Below are positions 23,686 to 38,600 of a stretch of DNA of 64,000 nucleotides, piece after piece. The position numbers and the translations under genes are program-made. How positions within the stretch are numbered: position 1 is the first letter of the stretch; each line of letters opens with the position of its first letter. The notes beneath the pieces were generated by a model, which was given only the letters and a program-made list of their open reading frames with translations, made no database searches and had not been told where the DNA came from. This DNA is from Balanoglossus misakiensis. Lineage: Eukaryota; Animalia; Hemichordata. The stretch lies in contig CM082582.2 of the NCBI GenBank assembly GCA_040954595.2, positions 10,903,483 through 10,967,482 on the forward strand. The letters run 5' to 3'.

Positions 23686-26600
23686 ATGGCCGACCGATCT
23701 TTCACAGGCAGCGCCAGTTCCCGACGAGTTGGCAGCGGGCCACCGTCCACGTCCAGCCTGGCGCGATCAGCTGGCAGCTCCAGAATGGAGACCCGCAGTG
23801 GGAGCCAAATGCAAGGCCTGCTGAGCGAATTCAGGGGACTTTACACGGACAGACTCCAGCGGTTGCAGGAAGGGGATGCAAGCGAAGAAACGCACAGGGT
23901 AAGTTGAGTCAAGATTAATATAGAATGCACAAAATTATGAAAAATGAACATCGCGATTACAAAGATGATGTGTCCAGACGTGTCCATCTCCCCGCTGTAG
24001 CAACGGGTCGCGAAGGGACGCTATCGTGACGAATTACAATGCGTCTTTTCAAAAGTCGCTAAAAACCGGTAGCTACCGTCGGTTACACCCTCAAATATTA
24101 GAAGAGTTACCCTTGTATCACATTTAAAATATCCGGCTTGTGTATCCCGCCATCGGATGCGGATCGCCATTTTGAGGAGGAAAGATGAAGGAAAAATTTC
24201 ATTCAGTCGGTCGCGTAGTACAGGATTACAATGACATCACACAAGCTGACGGTACATAAATAAATGGGTACATAATGCTGCAGCAGCAGTGTAAATACGG
24301 CGATGAAAAAACGGCACGTCACGACTGGACATCATTCCATTGATTCAACGGACGTCATCCCAGTATTCCAGACGTGTTGAATGCGGGATCAACGTTATCT
24401 CTATCATGGTCCCACCTCACACTTCTTCCACTGAAAAAAGAGAAACCAAAATACTGAGAAGTTGTGTAATATTATCCGAGTTTCTGTAAATGATATCTTT
24501 AGGTATTGGTTCCATCGTGTTTATAATACATGTATTATTATTTGGGGTTTATTTGACCCAGAGAATGCTTACAATACATTTGTATATAAAAGCAAAGCAA
24601 TAAACACCAACAAACATGGTAAGGTTACAAAACCCCAAACATTTACAAGGGAGAGTGTGTATTTGTAAACTATACAGAAATGTTGAGATGACGTGGATCG
24701 CCACCAATCATGGATGAAAGTTCTTTGATAATTTCACAAATTTGTCAAAGAAATTCTGAATTTAAAAATATGGCATCATCACTGATGAAGAACTCTGATA
24801 AGTGTCATTAAGCATAATATGATTAATTTAATGAAGTTGATAATGCGGACTTATGGCTCGTCAACACTGCAGGGGTTTACACAAATTATTAAATACAAGA
24901 ACTGTAAAAATTGGCACTTTTCACATGATGGTGTCAATTATTCAGTCATTGTAGATTGAATCATTGGAAGCCATGTTTATAAAGTTATGCATGTTCATGG
25001 GTAACTCCTGGGGACGCGTCATCCAATAAACGTGCATGCACTACTGCCTCTGGTTGGACGTTCCCCAAGAACTCACAAAGAAACTTGTTTGGCGTGACTT
25101 TTTGTCCAGTTGGCAATTGTTCACTTCATTCAGATTGCTTGTACTGTGCGTATTGAATTGATCATCAGTTACGGTCTTGGTGCTGGTCCAATTTTCATGC
25201 GAGTGTGTGTGTACGGTTGCATTCCATACTGAGATCTGTACACCTTAGCTTTTAGAGTTAGACCTGTACCCTCTTAGATCTTGAGTTGTATCAGCAGAAT
25301 TTTCCAGTCATTTATCTACCAAACATCTTTGTTGTAGTTCAATTAGTTAAACCTGGATGTCTCCTCTAACTTTTTAAACTACATCTAGCAGAAGGTAACC
25401 ATAACACGTACAGTGTATTACTAGCCCATACTTGGCATTCTTTGGTTACCATGGCAACAGAGAATCATCTCCCAAAAATAGTTCATTTTTATATGTACAC
25501 ATGTATGTGGTATGTACAATGTGTATACATACATACATACATACATGCACATATTTCTATTCAAGTAAACATCCAATTCAGTGGGTTTTCATCCAATACC
25601 AATCCCAAGATCCATGTCAAAGGTCATTACCAGCCAATCACTGATAGTGTAGAAGGCACCAGATTGTTTTGGTGATATAATACAGTACATGTAGGTAAAT
25701 GAATTTCTAACATACTGTTTTGGCAGATGCCCTACAAAGCATTTCCTAAGGCTTGTCATAAATGGTGAGTTGTATTGCTTAGTATTAAATAGTATACAGA
25801 TGTTGAAGACATCTTCTTTTGTGTATTACATGTATTGGCAAAATTTGTGATAAGTAGGTGACAGATATCACTGACACAAAATAATAAAATGATTGGCCCA
25901 TTCACAACCTAGAGTGTTGATGTACTTGTATACTAGTAGTTCCCCATTGGCGATAACGAGCTGTTGATAGGCTTACATGTACCTGTGGCACACCTGGGTG
26001 GTACAAGTGGTACAGTACATGTACATGTAGTTCTGATGCAAACTGTATCTTTGTGTATAAATTTGCTTTTTGGGAATATTTGGCAGAAATTGGACATTTC
26101 ATTCACATTTGAAAGACCCATTCATCTTATTTCTTTTCCCCCTTTTTCAGATGAAAATGAGAGTGTTGCAGTCGTACGTTAACGACTTGAGTGAACAGAA
26201 CGAGGTATTGGTGCAGACTGTGGAAGAGTTAGAGAGAGAAGCCAACGACAGGGTGGCCCTGTTAGAATCCAAACTACAGAAAACCAACAATGCTGTCAAG
26301 GTGAGAGACAAGTACCTGTATTTGTAGAGTGACACATCGTAAATCACAAGAATGATTCTGTCAAAACAAAATATATTTAATATTTGTTGAAAGGGACAAA
26401 ATGAAATACACAACTTTTCAAAAATTGACAAAACTATAATCTCAGCTCAAAAATATTTTAGATTTTAATTGATTTACATGTCAGTAACAGGTTAATGTAA
26501 AAGGTGTAAAAAAACTGCAGAACTGAGATTTGATCAGTTACCGTAACCCCAGAAAGAACCGACTTGAATGGGCATTTCTCGAATGCTAGGTTGGTGTCCC

Positions 26601-29600
26601 ATGGCACCCAGTGAGTGGATGGCTTGTATTGGTTGTATCATGTTTACAATCTATTGTCAACGGTCGCAGGCGGCAAATCCAAATCTGTAACCGGGGATGA
26701 CAACCAATTCATTGTATCGCTGGCAATTGCTGTTGTGGTACATGAATGAATGAATAAAGGGGCTGGCTGGACAAAGGTCGTTGTTCCGTCTGCTGACCAG
26801 AGACTGTTGGGGGTTTCTTTCTTGTTGGAGAGTCCGCCACTTAACCTGTCTGTGATCTGTAAATTTATTCATTCTTTGCATGTAACATGCATACCTCTTA
26901 CAATTTCATGTTGCCCTTAGCACCATATTTGCAGCCAATTTTATGCCAAGTATTTACCGCTGTTTTTGCACAGCGTGTACGACCCCAAAGACCAAACCAG
27001 TCTACTAAATAATACAGACGTTATGGCCTTTTTTCTTATGTCTCCAGGTGATTCTAACCATGAGGGTTTTTTATGGGCAAGCATGTGAAAAAAAGATACA
27101 GTTGCTATAGAACATACAAAAGTACCGAGGTGCATGGCATTGGGATTTCCAAACATTCCATAAACACGCTAGTTACATTTTTGTGTCCAATTGTATAAGG
27201 GATGCACTAGTCTGAACACAATCATGTGAAAACCTGTGCATCATTGCTTGAAGTTATTTCAGTGTTTGGGTGTTGGGCTCATGAACGTACATGTAGCAAA
27301 TACCAGTATACCTGGCAGTGCCAGCGTGTCAAATGCCATTGCGTTGCGTAAAACTGGCCACCATATTTATTCTTCTCACCAATTCCCTGCAACCGGCAAC
27401 GACAGGCCAGATAATAAATTTACAGAAGGTTAAAACTTAAAAGCTACACGGCTTGTTGAAAGATCTAAAACAAAGACAGTCTGGCAGACTACAAAACTCC
27501 CTTGGCTGGCTCAGTCAGTTGACCTGGCCCACAGCCAATATGCTGGGGACATGATCAGTCATGTCTGTGTGAAAAAAAGAGGAAGCATGTGGGCTTTAGT
27601 TTGAAATTTTGTAATTGTGTCTAAAGAGCTTGTAGCTTTAACCTTGATAAAACCGATCATTTGTTGTCATGGTAGTGGTTAATGTGCAAGAATTTGTCAA
27701 TGCATGGATTACTGTTACTGATTTTTTTGGAGAATAATACAGCAAGTGTGTGCACATGGCCAGGTGGTGAACGTGGATTTCAAAGTATGTGCCAAGTTAC
27801 GTCCAATTTGCATTTTGGATTATCGGATATAAGCATTCAAGCATTGCATCATGGGATATAAGAATTGGGCTCCGTTCCAACAGATTTTGTGAATGGAATC
27901 ACTGTATCAGTCGTGATGTGTACTGTCCATTTGAAAAAAATATACTCTTACCCAGTTCCCGTTCTATTTTTCCATTTGTGTAATAAACTAAACATAAAAT
28001 ATGGAAAGTGATATCCCCAGTATTTATTGTCCATGATTGCCTGCTTGTCATTGCTAATGATGTATTTCCATTTTACTAAATTGTATACAAATGTAATGTC
28101 ATCCCTAAGAGTACACTTGATCAATCATATAATTAGGCATACACTAAATAGTAATTGCTTTGGAAATTGATAACGAGGGTTGCCATGGTGACATACATTG
28201 CATAGAACGTCACAGGTCATGTAGATATGAAACGGTGTAAACTTTTCTTATGTTTTATCAACAGGAGTACATGACAAAATCAAGAGACCTGGAACTGGAT
28301 TTGAAAACGATGGCAGCGCAGAGAAACAGCGTGCAACAGCAAGTTGATGTAAGTGTTATGGAGATTGGACAAAATAGAATGTGCATCAGAGTGCTTTGTA
28401 GGTCATGGTACAAATTCATAGTGTGGCAGTGTGACTGATACAGCATTGCAGCTCGTTGTGCAGTCAATGGAAGAAACAGTAATGTTTTCTCAATGATAGG
28501 ATGTTCCAGGATTTTAGGTTTTCACTTTCTTTATTTCTTCGCCTCACAGGATCTTCAGCACAGGATGGAGAGGATGTCGGAAGAAAACCAAGGTCTGAGA
28601 GCAGATAACAGCGACCTGAATCACGACGTCAATGCACTGATAGGTGTGATAGGGCAAGCCAGGGCGACTTCCAAATGGGAGGTAAGGTCTTCATCTGTCG
28701 CTGAAGTATGTTTTCAGTCAGGGTGTTAGAGGTACTGTCTCGTAATCACGTTACAGTCTGAACAGATTTTAAATTCCAAAGATTATCCATTGTTAAGCAA
28801 ATTTGACGAGATACACATTTGCCCTCTTAGAATTCTAGAAATTCCTGGGCATGTGTCTTTAGGGTTCACACAATCCCCAATTGATTTTTGTGTGCAACAA
28901 AATAATGGGATTTTCGACTGTGTGTACACTGGGCCTCTGATTTGGTGGTGTAAACAGCATTTGTCTTGTGTGCTGTGTTTAGAGCCTACTAAAAGAAATT
29001 GCCGTCTATTGTTTCACCCTAAACAGAAAAGATTTGCTTGTTGGTTGCTCGTAACTGAGTCACTCTGATGGCATCCCTGGATTCATAAAAATTGTGATGG
29101 CACCTTTGGTCAGATTCAGAATACTGTTGTTGTGGCAAAAATAATCAATCAGTGGGGCAGTTCAGGTTAAATTTCGGCAGCAAAGTAAATTTACTGTTAC
29201 ATCACTGGTCAGTCACATATACACGTGCAACTGAGGAATACAATACCTTACCCACTTGTTCCGTCTTGGGGTAAAATTACCCGTTTTGCATCAAGTTTCC
29301 TATTCCATTATTCTCTCTCACTGCCCTGTTTTGTTCCAGTTCGGCGGTATAGCCTTCCGGACGCTGGACGCTGACGACGTGCTGGGTGCCAAAGCGACCG
29401 AGTTCCCCACGCCGGACGAGAGAATGCAAAAACACATCGAGGATCTGAAGAAGCAGTTGTCTCACCGAGATAACATCATCACCAAACTTCAAGGCGATCT
29501 CAAACAGTACCGGGATGACCACAAGATGTCCCTTGAAGAAGTAAGCTCATTTTAGTGTCAGTGCGAGAGGTTGTATACGTCAAATCAAAATGGCTCGAAA

Positions 29601-32600
29601 TCTGTCACATGTCATGTAAACAGAGAACTTACAAATTCATTGAAAATCACAGCCTACAATATAACATATACTTCCATCACAGCTTGAACGGAAAGACCTT
29701 GCCTTGGACACAATGAAGACGACACTATCACAGATCCATGACAGAGAACAGCGAAACGCTGGACAGGTCACAGATAAAGACATTGCTCTCATGAAACTTA
29801 AGACCGATCTCAGGCAAGCTGAACAAAGCAAAAAAGATGTTCTTCTTGAGGTGAGCTTAATTAGATCTATGGAAATAGAAGAAGCTATACATACCGATAT
29901 TTTTGGGGAAAAAGGAAAATATAAATTTGACATTTCTATCATATTACCAGATATATTCAGATGTGTTTGTACATCTTTATTGTGAGCTTGTTCATAAATT
30001 GTTGATTTCTTTAAAAAAATCAGTCTTGTTTTCTTTTGTAGCTTGCTGAAAAGGACCGTGTGATACAGGGTCTGCAATCGGACATCACTGATCTTCACAA
30101 CACTATAGCCATGAAAGACACAGAGGTTAGTTACAGTTCTCGATTTTCTGTCGGTCACAAGGGACAACATGCTTGTATCATATCACAAGGTAAAAATTAA
30201 AATAATGGCCAAAAATTCCAGCCTATTTGATGGCTATTTAATGATATTTGTAACCAATTTTTAACCACATAGATTTGTCGAGAGATTTAGCTTCCATTTC
30301 TGTTTGTTTTGGCTATAGATAGAAAATGTGCATAAATATGAATTGGTATGGACACAGCTGTATGGCAGATTAATTTCCTTATGCAGCTAGCTATAATGCA
30401 AATTGACATTTACGAAAAATGCTAGGAATATCATTGATGCTCTATTTGCATTTCACTGTACTGTTCATGCAGCACTTAAAAATTTTATGTAAAATTTAAA
30501 AGGCTTGGAAATTTGTGTGAATTTTGTATAATAAATATTATGAAACTGAAACATGAGTGTATCTTTGCCAACTGCATTGTGTCTGATATTGGCCTTTTGC
30601 AAATTATTATGAGATCATAAAAAATTGTCGACAGTGGAGATGACCTTCAGTGTGTATTAGAGTAGGAAAGTGACAAAGTGATCCCATCGTGAAATGTGAA
30701 AGGTTGATTTGAAGCATCGTTTCCAGAATTGCTCGTCAAGTCGGTGAAGAGTTGCCACATCTATGTCATGCCCATGGGCGTACACGCTATTGTTGCCATG
30801 TTTTCAATAGCAGCTAGTACCTTGATTGTCAAGAAAGATAAACTCTCGCGAGTCACACATACATCCTCTAATCCATTCGCCTTCAGATTTTACAATACAC
30901 ACTGCCTCTGGATCTGACGTGTAATTATCGTTTTTCTGTCTTTTGTTCCACCCCCACAGAATAGCAGCCATTTGCAGACCATTCAGCTTTTAAAAGACAA
31001 ACAGAACCAGTCGTCTTTGGAGGTAAGGAAACTTGCGTGACACTCTGGCAAAAATTAAAAAAAATGAAATAAACCCAATTTGGCCAACAGTTGCAGAGTG
31101 TTAACGTTCAGAGAGCCGCATCATTGCAACAACCACCCAGAGTAATTAGCAGTTAGTGTAACATGACCTGCATGCATCAGTGCGGCACCCCCTGGTGACA
31201 TAAGAATTTGTTTGTTTGTGCAGCCATTCATATCCAAACCATTTCTTGTTATTTGCATGGGAGATATTATTATTCCCCAGTTTTTGCATCAGTTTTATCA
31301 CGTTTTTTGTTCATCATGCTTTTTTTTTTATCATGCATGGCTGCATGCGTGTGTTTGCCGAAAACCCTCACCTATGTTTTGCATGTTGTCTACCCCCGAT
31401 CCTATAGCTTGCCAAAAAAGAAGATGCTATTAAGCAGTTAAGGGGAGAAGTTGCCAGCGTCAAGGATCAGCACAGACAAGTGTCGCATGATGTAAGTGGT
31501 GTTAGACAAAGAAAATTTTGCATTATAGTCAGTAGAGTACTGTAGTCTAGTGTTAGCTGTGCAAGCTTACAATGCCATGCAATGCATCCGTACAGTCATG
31601 TTGACTACAGTCGCTTCCTTATTTCACTGTGCTTATAATCCACTCTGTGTCATGATCAGAATTTTTAACATGGCCCCTTATTCTTTTTGTCTGATTTTAC
31701 TTGCCATGAACGTGTAAAATTTGCAAGTGGGGTTCATTCAACCCTAACACCGACTAGACAGGGTTCCTCAGTGTTCATGCTTCACAACATCTGCCATCGT
31801 CTGTGTTTCATCACCCGTGATATATGCCTTGGTTGTATCCGTTAGAGCAGAAAAATGATAGAAAAGCCTTCAATCCAGAATTTTCCGGTTCTAGACAAGG
31901 GTTCCCTCATCATGATGCATAATGAGAATCGGGAAAAAATAATACTAGTATTTGGCTTGATCCTTCTGTGACAGATCATATCAGGCAGTCAGCAATCATG
32001 AAAATTGATTTTTTTAGACAACGTTGTTAAAATAAAAGCTTTTAGTTCTGCAGAGTCCAAAAATAGAAATGCAAAGAACAGGATGTAGGATTAGCTGCTG
32101 CAATTTCCCGTCACAGAAAACAGATTCTGTATTTCATCAAGCTAATGCAGATGAAAACTGCAAAGACTGCCATGAATAATTTATGTGTGGCTGATTTCTC
32201 AGCAGTTATCTGTACCACGGGAGGGCTCCTGGGATATGCCACCATGATGATATTGACATCTTGTTGAATAAAAAGCAAAAAAATATTGAAATGTCAGTTG
32301 TCAGTGCCTCAGATACCTCAGTATTAGCTTTTAATTGCCTGTGGCAGATGACGAGATTTTTTGTGCAGTGAAATATTGAATTTTAATCTTCTGAATATAC
32401 ATTTACAATTGGTGTAGCCCATTTCTTGAGCAGTCATTTCTGCTCCGTCATGATCACTGATTAGAGCGCCCTCTTCGGTAGTGCTTGAAGTTTCAGTCAT
32501 ATTATTACTGGAAGATGAATTATGAAGTTCAACTTGTGTTTCCATAGAAACCAATGTGCCTGAAGTGGGTCATTAGAATGCTTACTTAGTGATTGCTAGG

Positions 32601-35600
32601 TTTTGACAAATGTCATTCTTACATTTTCCCGCAGGTGTCACACTACGAGAGGAGAATTAAAACCCTGGAAAGTGAACTCCGTCAGTCTCAGGAACACAGA
32701 CGAAAAACTGTGGATGAGGTGAGGACAGTAGAACAAGCAAAGAAAACTTGCAGAGACAAAACTTTTACGCTTTGGAGTATTTTGTCAAGTTATAGACAAC
32801 GTGATTGAAGCACAGGAAAATCAATCAAGAAGTTTCAGCAGGATGACTGTAAATTTAACTCCGATTCTCAACATTTTCAGATTGGTAACTTGCAAGCCAG
32901 ACTCCGAGAGAGCCAGCTTTCAACTCAGGACCACCACGATGTGCTACGATCAGAACTTGGCAGACGAGACGAAACCATCCAAAAGTACAGGAATGAAATA
33001 CTGACACTGCAAGAGAAATACGATGCCAGTATCCAACAGGTAAAACAACAACAAGGAATCATTATTTTTGGGACAATTTTACCTCACAAATGGATTCCCA
33101 GCAGATCAATTGTCTGTACTCAAACTTCGACAAATTAATATGTAACGTCATAAGATATTTTGGTCCACATTAGATATTTATAAGTGGGTAAATGTCACTC
33201 ATAAGACAAGATGCCAGTGTTTTCAGGTTGTGAGAAGGGGTTAAAGGTCACCTGAGGTTCCATTTCAGCGTCATTGTGATGGACCATAGCAACTGGATTA
33301 AAAGCTACACTACACCGCGCAATCGTGTGTTGTACTTTTCACATTTAGTGTGTTCATTTGTCTAGAGACATTTGCCCGTATTCCGTGCTGTCTTCGGTAT
33401 TTTGAAATGGCTTCCCCTTCATTCCCACAGCTTGAAAAACAGGAGCAGCAAATCCAGATTCTGGAAGACAAGGCAAAGGCTGGTCAGGAGGAGGTGAGGA
33501 AACGTATATTTCAAAGTTACATGTGGTTTACATGTTGCTATGACAACAAGTCGTATGCTGTCGAGGAGAAGCTGTAGTTACCCATTGTGTGTGTGTTTGT
33601 CAATGCATTTGGATATTGTCTATTCTGCAATTTGTACTTGTTTTTCCTTCTTCAAATATCACTGAAAACTCGTTGCTACACTTTGAAAACTTGTAAATAT
33701 GATTTTGAATACAATTTTAAAGTACCAATTCCTAAATAATTAAAAGCAATTCAGATTTAACATTGATTTATCTTTTGTTACTACATAATTTTGGTAATTA
33801 TTCAGTAAATGATTTTGTTCAATTCTTGATAACATTGCAAAATTGTAATTATCTGAACTGAGGGTCTCACCTTCGGCGTTGTTTGTTTCATCTTGGCTCA
33901 GATGCATACAATGACCCATTCATGTTTCTTGATCCCGTCCTAATTCCTCGGCAAATCCGAACCCTAATCTGTTTCCATAGGCGCAAAAGTATGATGCCTC
34001 GGCCCGGCAGCTGGAAGGCGATCTGAAATCGCTACGGCAACAGTTCAACAGCACTCGGGAGCAGCTCTCCGTCTCGGAACGCACCATTGCACAGCTGCAG
34101 AACGAGCTGCAGGCGGCCAGGCACAAGTACGGTGAGGCGACGGCGCAGACCGAGAAACTGACAGAGAGTCTCAACAAGCTGCAAGCTGCGTCCAAAGACA
34201 CCAGAGATGCCTTAGCTCAGGAGGTAATTGCTGTCTTGGAGGAGGAACTTTCGCAAAGTAGTTTTGGAAACTCTGAACAGGATTGTCATTTCACATGAGA
34301 AAGAATGAAACAGTGTGATTTTATTCTTAGTTTGGAATATTGTCCTGCTAAATCAGTGTACATGTATTAATATGAACTTGAACTTCTTCATTTCAGGTTG
34401 CCGAGAGACATGACATGGTTGTCAAACTCCGCGCCGACATGGCGGCACTGGAAGACAAACACAAAGAGTCCATGGCACAGGTTCAGCACAGAGGGGATGT
34501 CATTCTTCAACTCAGAAATGACATCAAAAATTCAAGTGGTCAGGTATGCTTGCTGAAATTGAACTTTCCGTGGTGTTAACGTATTTGTTTTCATCTTCAA
34601 ATTTTCATCACATTTTTGCTTGTCATCTAAAAAGTCTGATACCATGTCTCTTTCTCCTTGATGCACAGTTTGAAGAAAGTCAAAGAAAAATCCAGTCTCT
34701 TGAAGATGAGTTAGCAACTTACAAGACAAGATACCAAGAGATCAACAAAGAAGTGAGTGCAGCTGATAGGAACCATATTAATGTTCAAACCAATATGTTA
34801 GCTTGGTCCCCAGTGTAACCCTTATCTTTATCTTTTCTGAACTGTAGTGGTGGCATATCTGAGAAATTTGGGAGATATTTTTAGATTGACATATTTCACA
34901 GGGAAGACAAATTTCAGAGTGCAGACAAATTTCACAGACAAAGAGCAATACCTTGGTCTTTAAGTTTAACAGAATACAGCAGTATGGACCAATTAGTCAC
35001 AACTATGTGTCAAAAAATTGGATTGCCAGTGATTGTAAAATGATGATCTCACCTGTGTGTCGTGCAGGTTTCAAGCCTTCAAACCAAAATGCACCAGAGC
35101 AAACTGGCCAACAGCCAGGAAGTGACCATCATGAAGGCAGAGGCTGCCGAGCACGACAGGAACTCCAAGAAACTCAAATCCGAGATCTCTCTGGTGGAAG
35201 AACGTCTCCAGCAAAGTCAACAACAGGTAAGAACATGAAATGAGTTTCCGTCTGGTTGATTGGGCTTTAAAAGCCAGGGTCAGTTGGAGGTCTTTGATCA
35301 AATTAACGCAAGTAATTGGATTTTAGTTGACAGTGGACTGCATTTTGTTGGTTTTTATGACTTTTAATGATAACTTTCAAGGGTTTTGTCGCCAAAATGA
35401 ATGGTTCATTGAGGTGTGGTAGGATTGTTACACAGTTGGGTGAATGGACTGAAAGCTGAATAGATGGACTGATGAATGAACTGCTGTAGGTGTTGTGAAG
35501 AATGCATTGATTAAAAGAAGGGAGGCAAGTCGGTGGATACATGTATGTGTAGGTGGCTGGATTATGTGGTAAATCATTGGCTGGTCGTTTGGTTTGGTGC

Positions 35601-38600
35601 GTGCGTTGTTTTTCTGATGATAATCCTAAACCAAAGTGCTCCTCAAAAATGTTTGCAAGTGTGAATACAATAACCCTTTGAATGAACCAATTCAAAATTA
35701 CAACCAGCCCAAGTTGTATTACCATTTTACTAGACGAGTTTATTGATTTTTTCCCCTCATCAGATGGCCATGGTAACTAGATCTCTGAAAGTGAAACCCT
35801 TTCTGCCTTTGTCATGCAAATGAACTATTTGTTCCAAGTCGTAACTTTTCCGTAGGTCCATGTTTTGTGCTATTAAATTCTCTCTGCAGTTGGCAAAAGT
35901 TCAAGTGACTGGACATTTTCGTCGAATTTTGTAGTTTGCAGAAATGTTGGTAGTTTATGTTGAATCAGTGTTCCAGCAAGGTTTTAGTTTATCTTTGTGA
36001 GTCAAAAATGTGTGTCCCACTGAAAAAAAAACTTGTCAAAGCAAAATGTGCGTGGTGTTGGTATCAACTTATTGCCTACTTAGGGAGCCTTATGCCAGGT
36101 TTTATGACTTTCCTCCATAGAATTCTAATTTTTTTGCTGATTTGCATAAAGGTGTAGTGGCTAAAGCACAATCTCCTTAGGGAGTCAAATTCTCAGATTT
36201 CACAACGTCTCTAACTGCCTGAGAGGCAAATTCAAGTTGGTTGCATAAAAAATGGCTTCTCGTAAGAAAATTTCTTTGACTGCCACTGTTGAAATGATGG
36301 CAAAGGTAAGCTGCAGGTTTTTTTTCCATAGTTGATTTTTCAAAGGATAATTGTTTTTAGGATGATAGTTTGGTCATGTTTGTTGGAAAGACGAAAGTTG
36401 TATTATTCTTATTATACATGGGGGATTAAGGAAACATAGTTTGTTGTCATTAAAATGTTTCGAGGCTTTTGAGTGGACAGTCATTCAAAAATAACTGCCT
36501 ACATAGTTTCTGTTGTTGTTCTCAACAGTAACTTTCTGGGACAAAATTCTGTGTGTAGTTAAGTTTTTCTCTAGATTTGTTAAGTCCTTGTCTTTTTTTC
36601 TGCTCTCCCGTTTATTCCAAACTGGAAAACTTTACAATGTAAAGTTTTGAAGCGAATACTTTAATCTGTATTTGAGAAATAATTATTTCACGTGTGTTTC
36701 CTATCTTTCTTTACATCAATTTTACGTTGCCACCTTGGGTCAGCTATACACTTTTGCAGATTTTGAAAACGGGCTGACAAAAGCAGTTGTAGAAAGGTCA
36801 AGGGTCACAGAACGACACCTGCCCTATGGCAACCTTTCTAAATTCTGTCAAAGTTGAAAGGATTTCTCTGGTCTCTATGGACTTTGATAGACTAGCGAGT
36901 CTGTATTTTCTGAAAAAAGCAGATTGTCTCTTTGAAAACAAGTATGTGCAAGTCGGTCTGCAACTGAAATAAACATTCTTTTCATTGTCAAGTCACGGGG
37001 AGCTCGATTACTGTTACTGTATCACCTGATACGTGTTTGGTTTGTCTATGGGTGTAGTGGAAGTTTACTGTAAACTGTGATATAATACTTGAAGGGATCT
37101 AATAATTTGTTTTCTTCAGTTGATGGCACGAGATGAAACCATACAGAGAATGCAGAAACAACAAAAAGAATTCCAAGATGAGATTGCAAGGAGGGAGAAA
37201 GCCATCCAGAAGTTGGAGTTGAACTTGATGAATGTACAGGAAGATCACAGGAGGTCTTCTGATGAAGTAGGTCAAAGTCTGCTCCTTTCAAAATTGCCTC
37301 TTTCACTCTTGATTTGCCCCACTTGCTGGTAAATGGGGTGGAAAGGTTACCATAGCAACCAGGCTGTTGATTCCACTGGTGCTTGTATTTTGGTTACCAG
37401 TATGTGTGCAGGTACACTCAAAGTAGCGAATCATTTGAACCTTTCGTGGCTGCAGATAGCTTGAGTAAATTTTTACCAATTTGTCCCAATATTCTCCTTC
37501 ACAGCTTCAGAGACGCGAGCACACCATTCAGCAGCTGGAGGTCGACCTGAGAGCCACAAAGCAACAGTGCAAGGACACAGTGGAAGAGAACGGCAAACTG
37601 GAAGCTCGGCTGCAGGCTCTGCAGACAACGTCACGGAGCGAGCAAGACGTCCTCGCATCAGAGGTCAGTTTTGAGAGGAAATGTCTTCTGAGCTGTGTCT
37701 GTTCATCTCCTTTCTGTAGAGATACCGAGGAATTGTGCATAGGGGAATGAGTCATGTTCACTATCTCAGTCCAACTTTCTTTGAATTCAATTGGCAGATC
37801 TCAAGACGGGAAGACACCATCCACAGGCTGAAGATGGACAATCTCGGCTGCCAGGAACAGATAGCCAAGACGGAAGAGAGGCTGGCCCAGGAAGAGATGA
37901 AGGTTGATCAGCTGAACCATCAACACAGAACGAGTAACATGGAACTGGATGCCAAGGATGAGGCCATTGCCTCGCTCGGTCGACAACTGGAAGATTCAAA
38001 GCAGCTCCATAGTGGTGCAATGGAGGAGGTAAAAACAAGCTGCCTAGAATATAGAATTTTTCATCTTTGTGTCTTTGTCCATGACCTAGTTCTTTGAAAA
38101 GGGAAATTCACTTTTTTGTCCTCGTCTACATGTACTAGTTGATAACAAGTGCTGCTTTGTGCTGTGATGGAAGGCAGTTTATGCTTATCCTATTTTTTAT
38201 GGCTGACAGATCAACAGATGCGAGGAAACCATTGCTGATTTGACGGCGGAACTCAACGCTGCTCAGAGCAAGGAAGAAGGTCAGATGCACACGGTAAGGC
38301 TCTTTTGATTGTTTGCATTGATTTTTAATTCTGACTGTCTCACTAACTTATTTTTAACATTTAACCAGTCTACTTCACATATGATCTCTTTCATGTACGT
38401 GTCTGTTGCTTTGTTGGTCGGTTAGTTTTGACAGTAGTCTGATTTTTGTCTCTGTTTTCATGCAGTTAACTATGAAGGAGGATCTGATAGGTCAGCTACA
38501 GCATGATGTTGAAGCATTGCATCATCAGCATAAAGATGTCCTCAGCAAGGTAAGCGTTTGTGTTTCATTGACAGCAAAGTCAGAAAGACTGGTTTGGATT

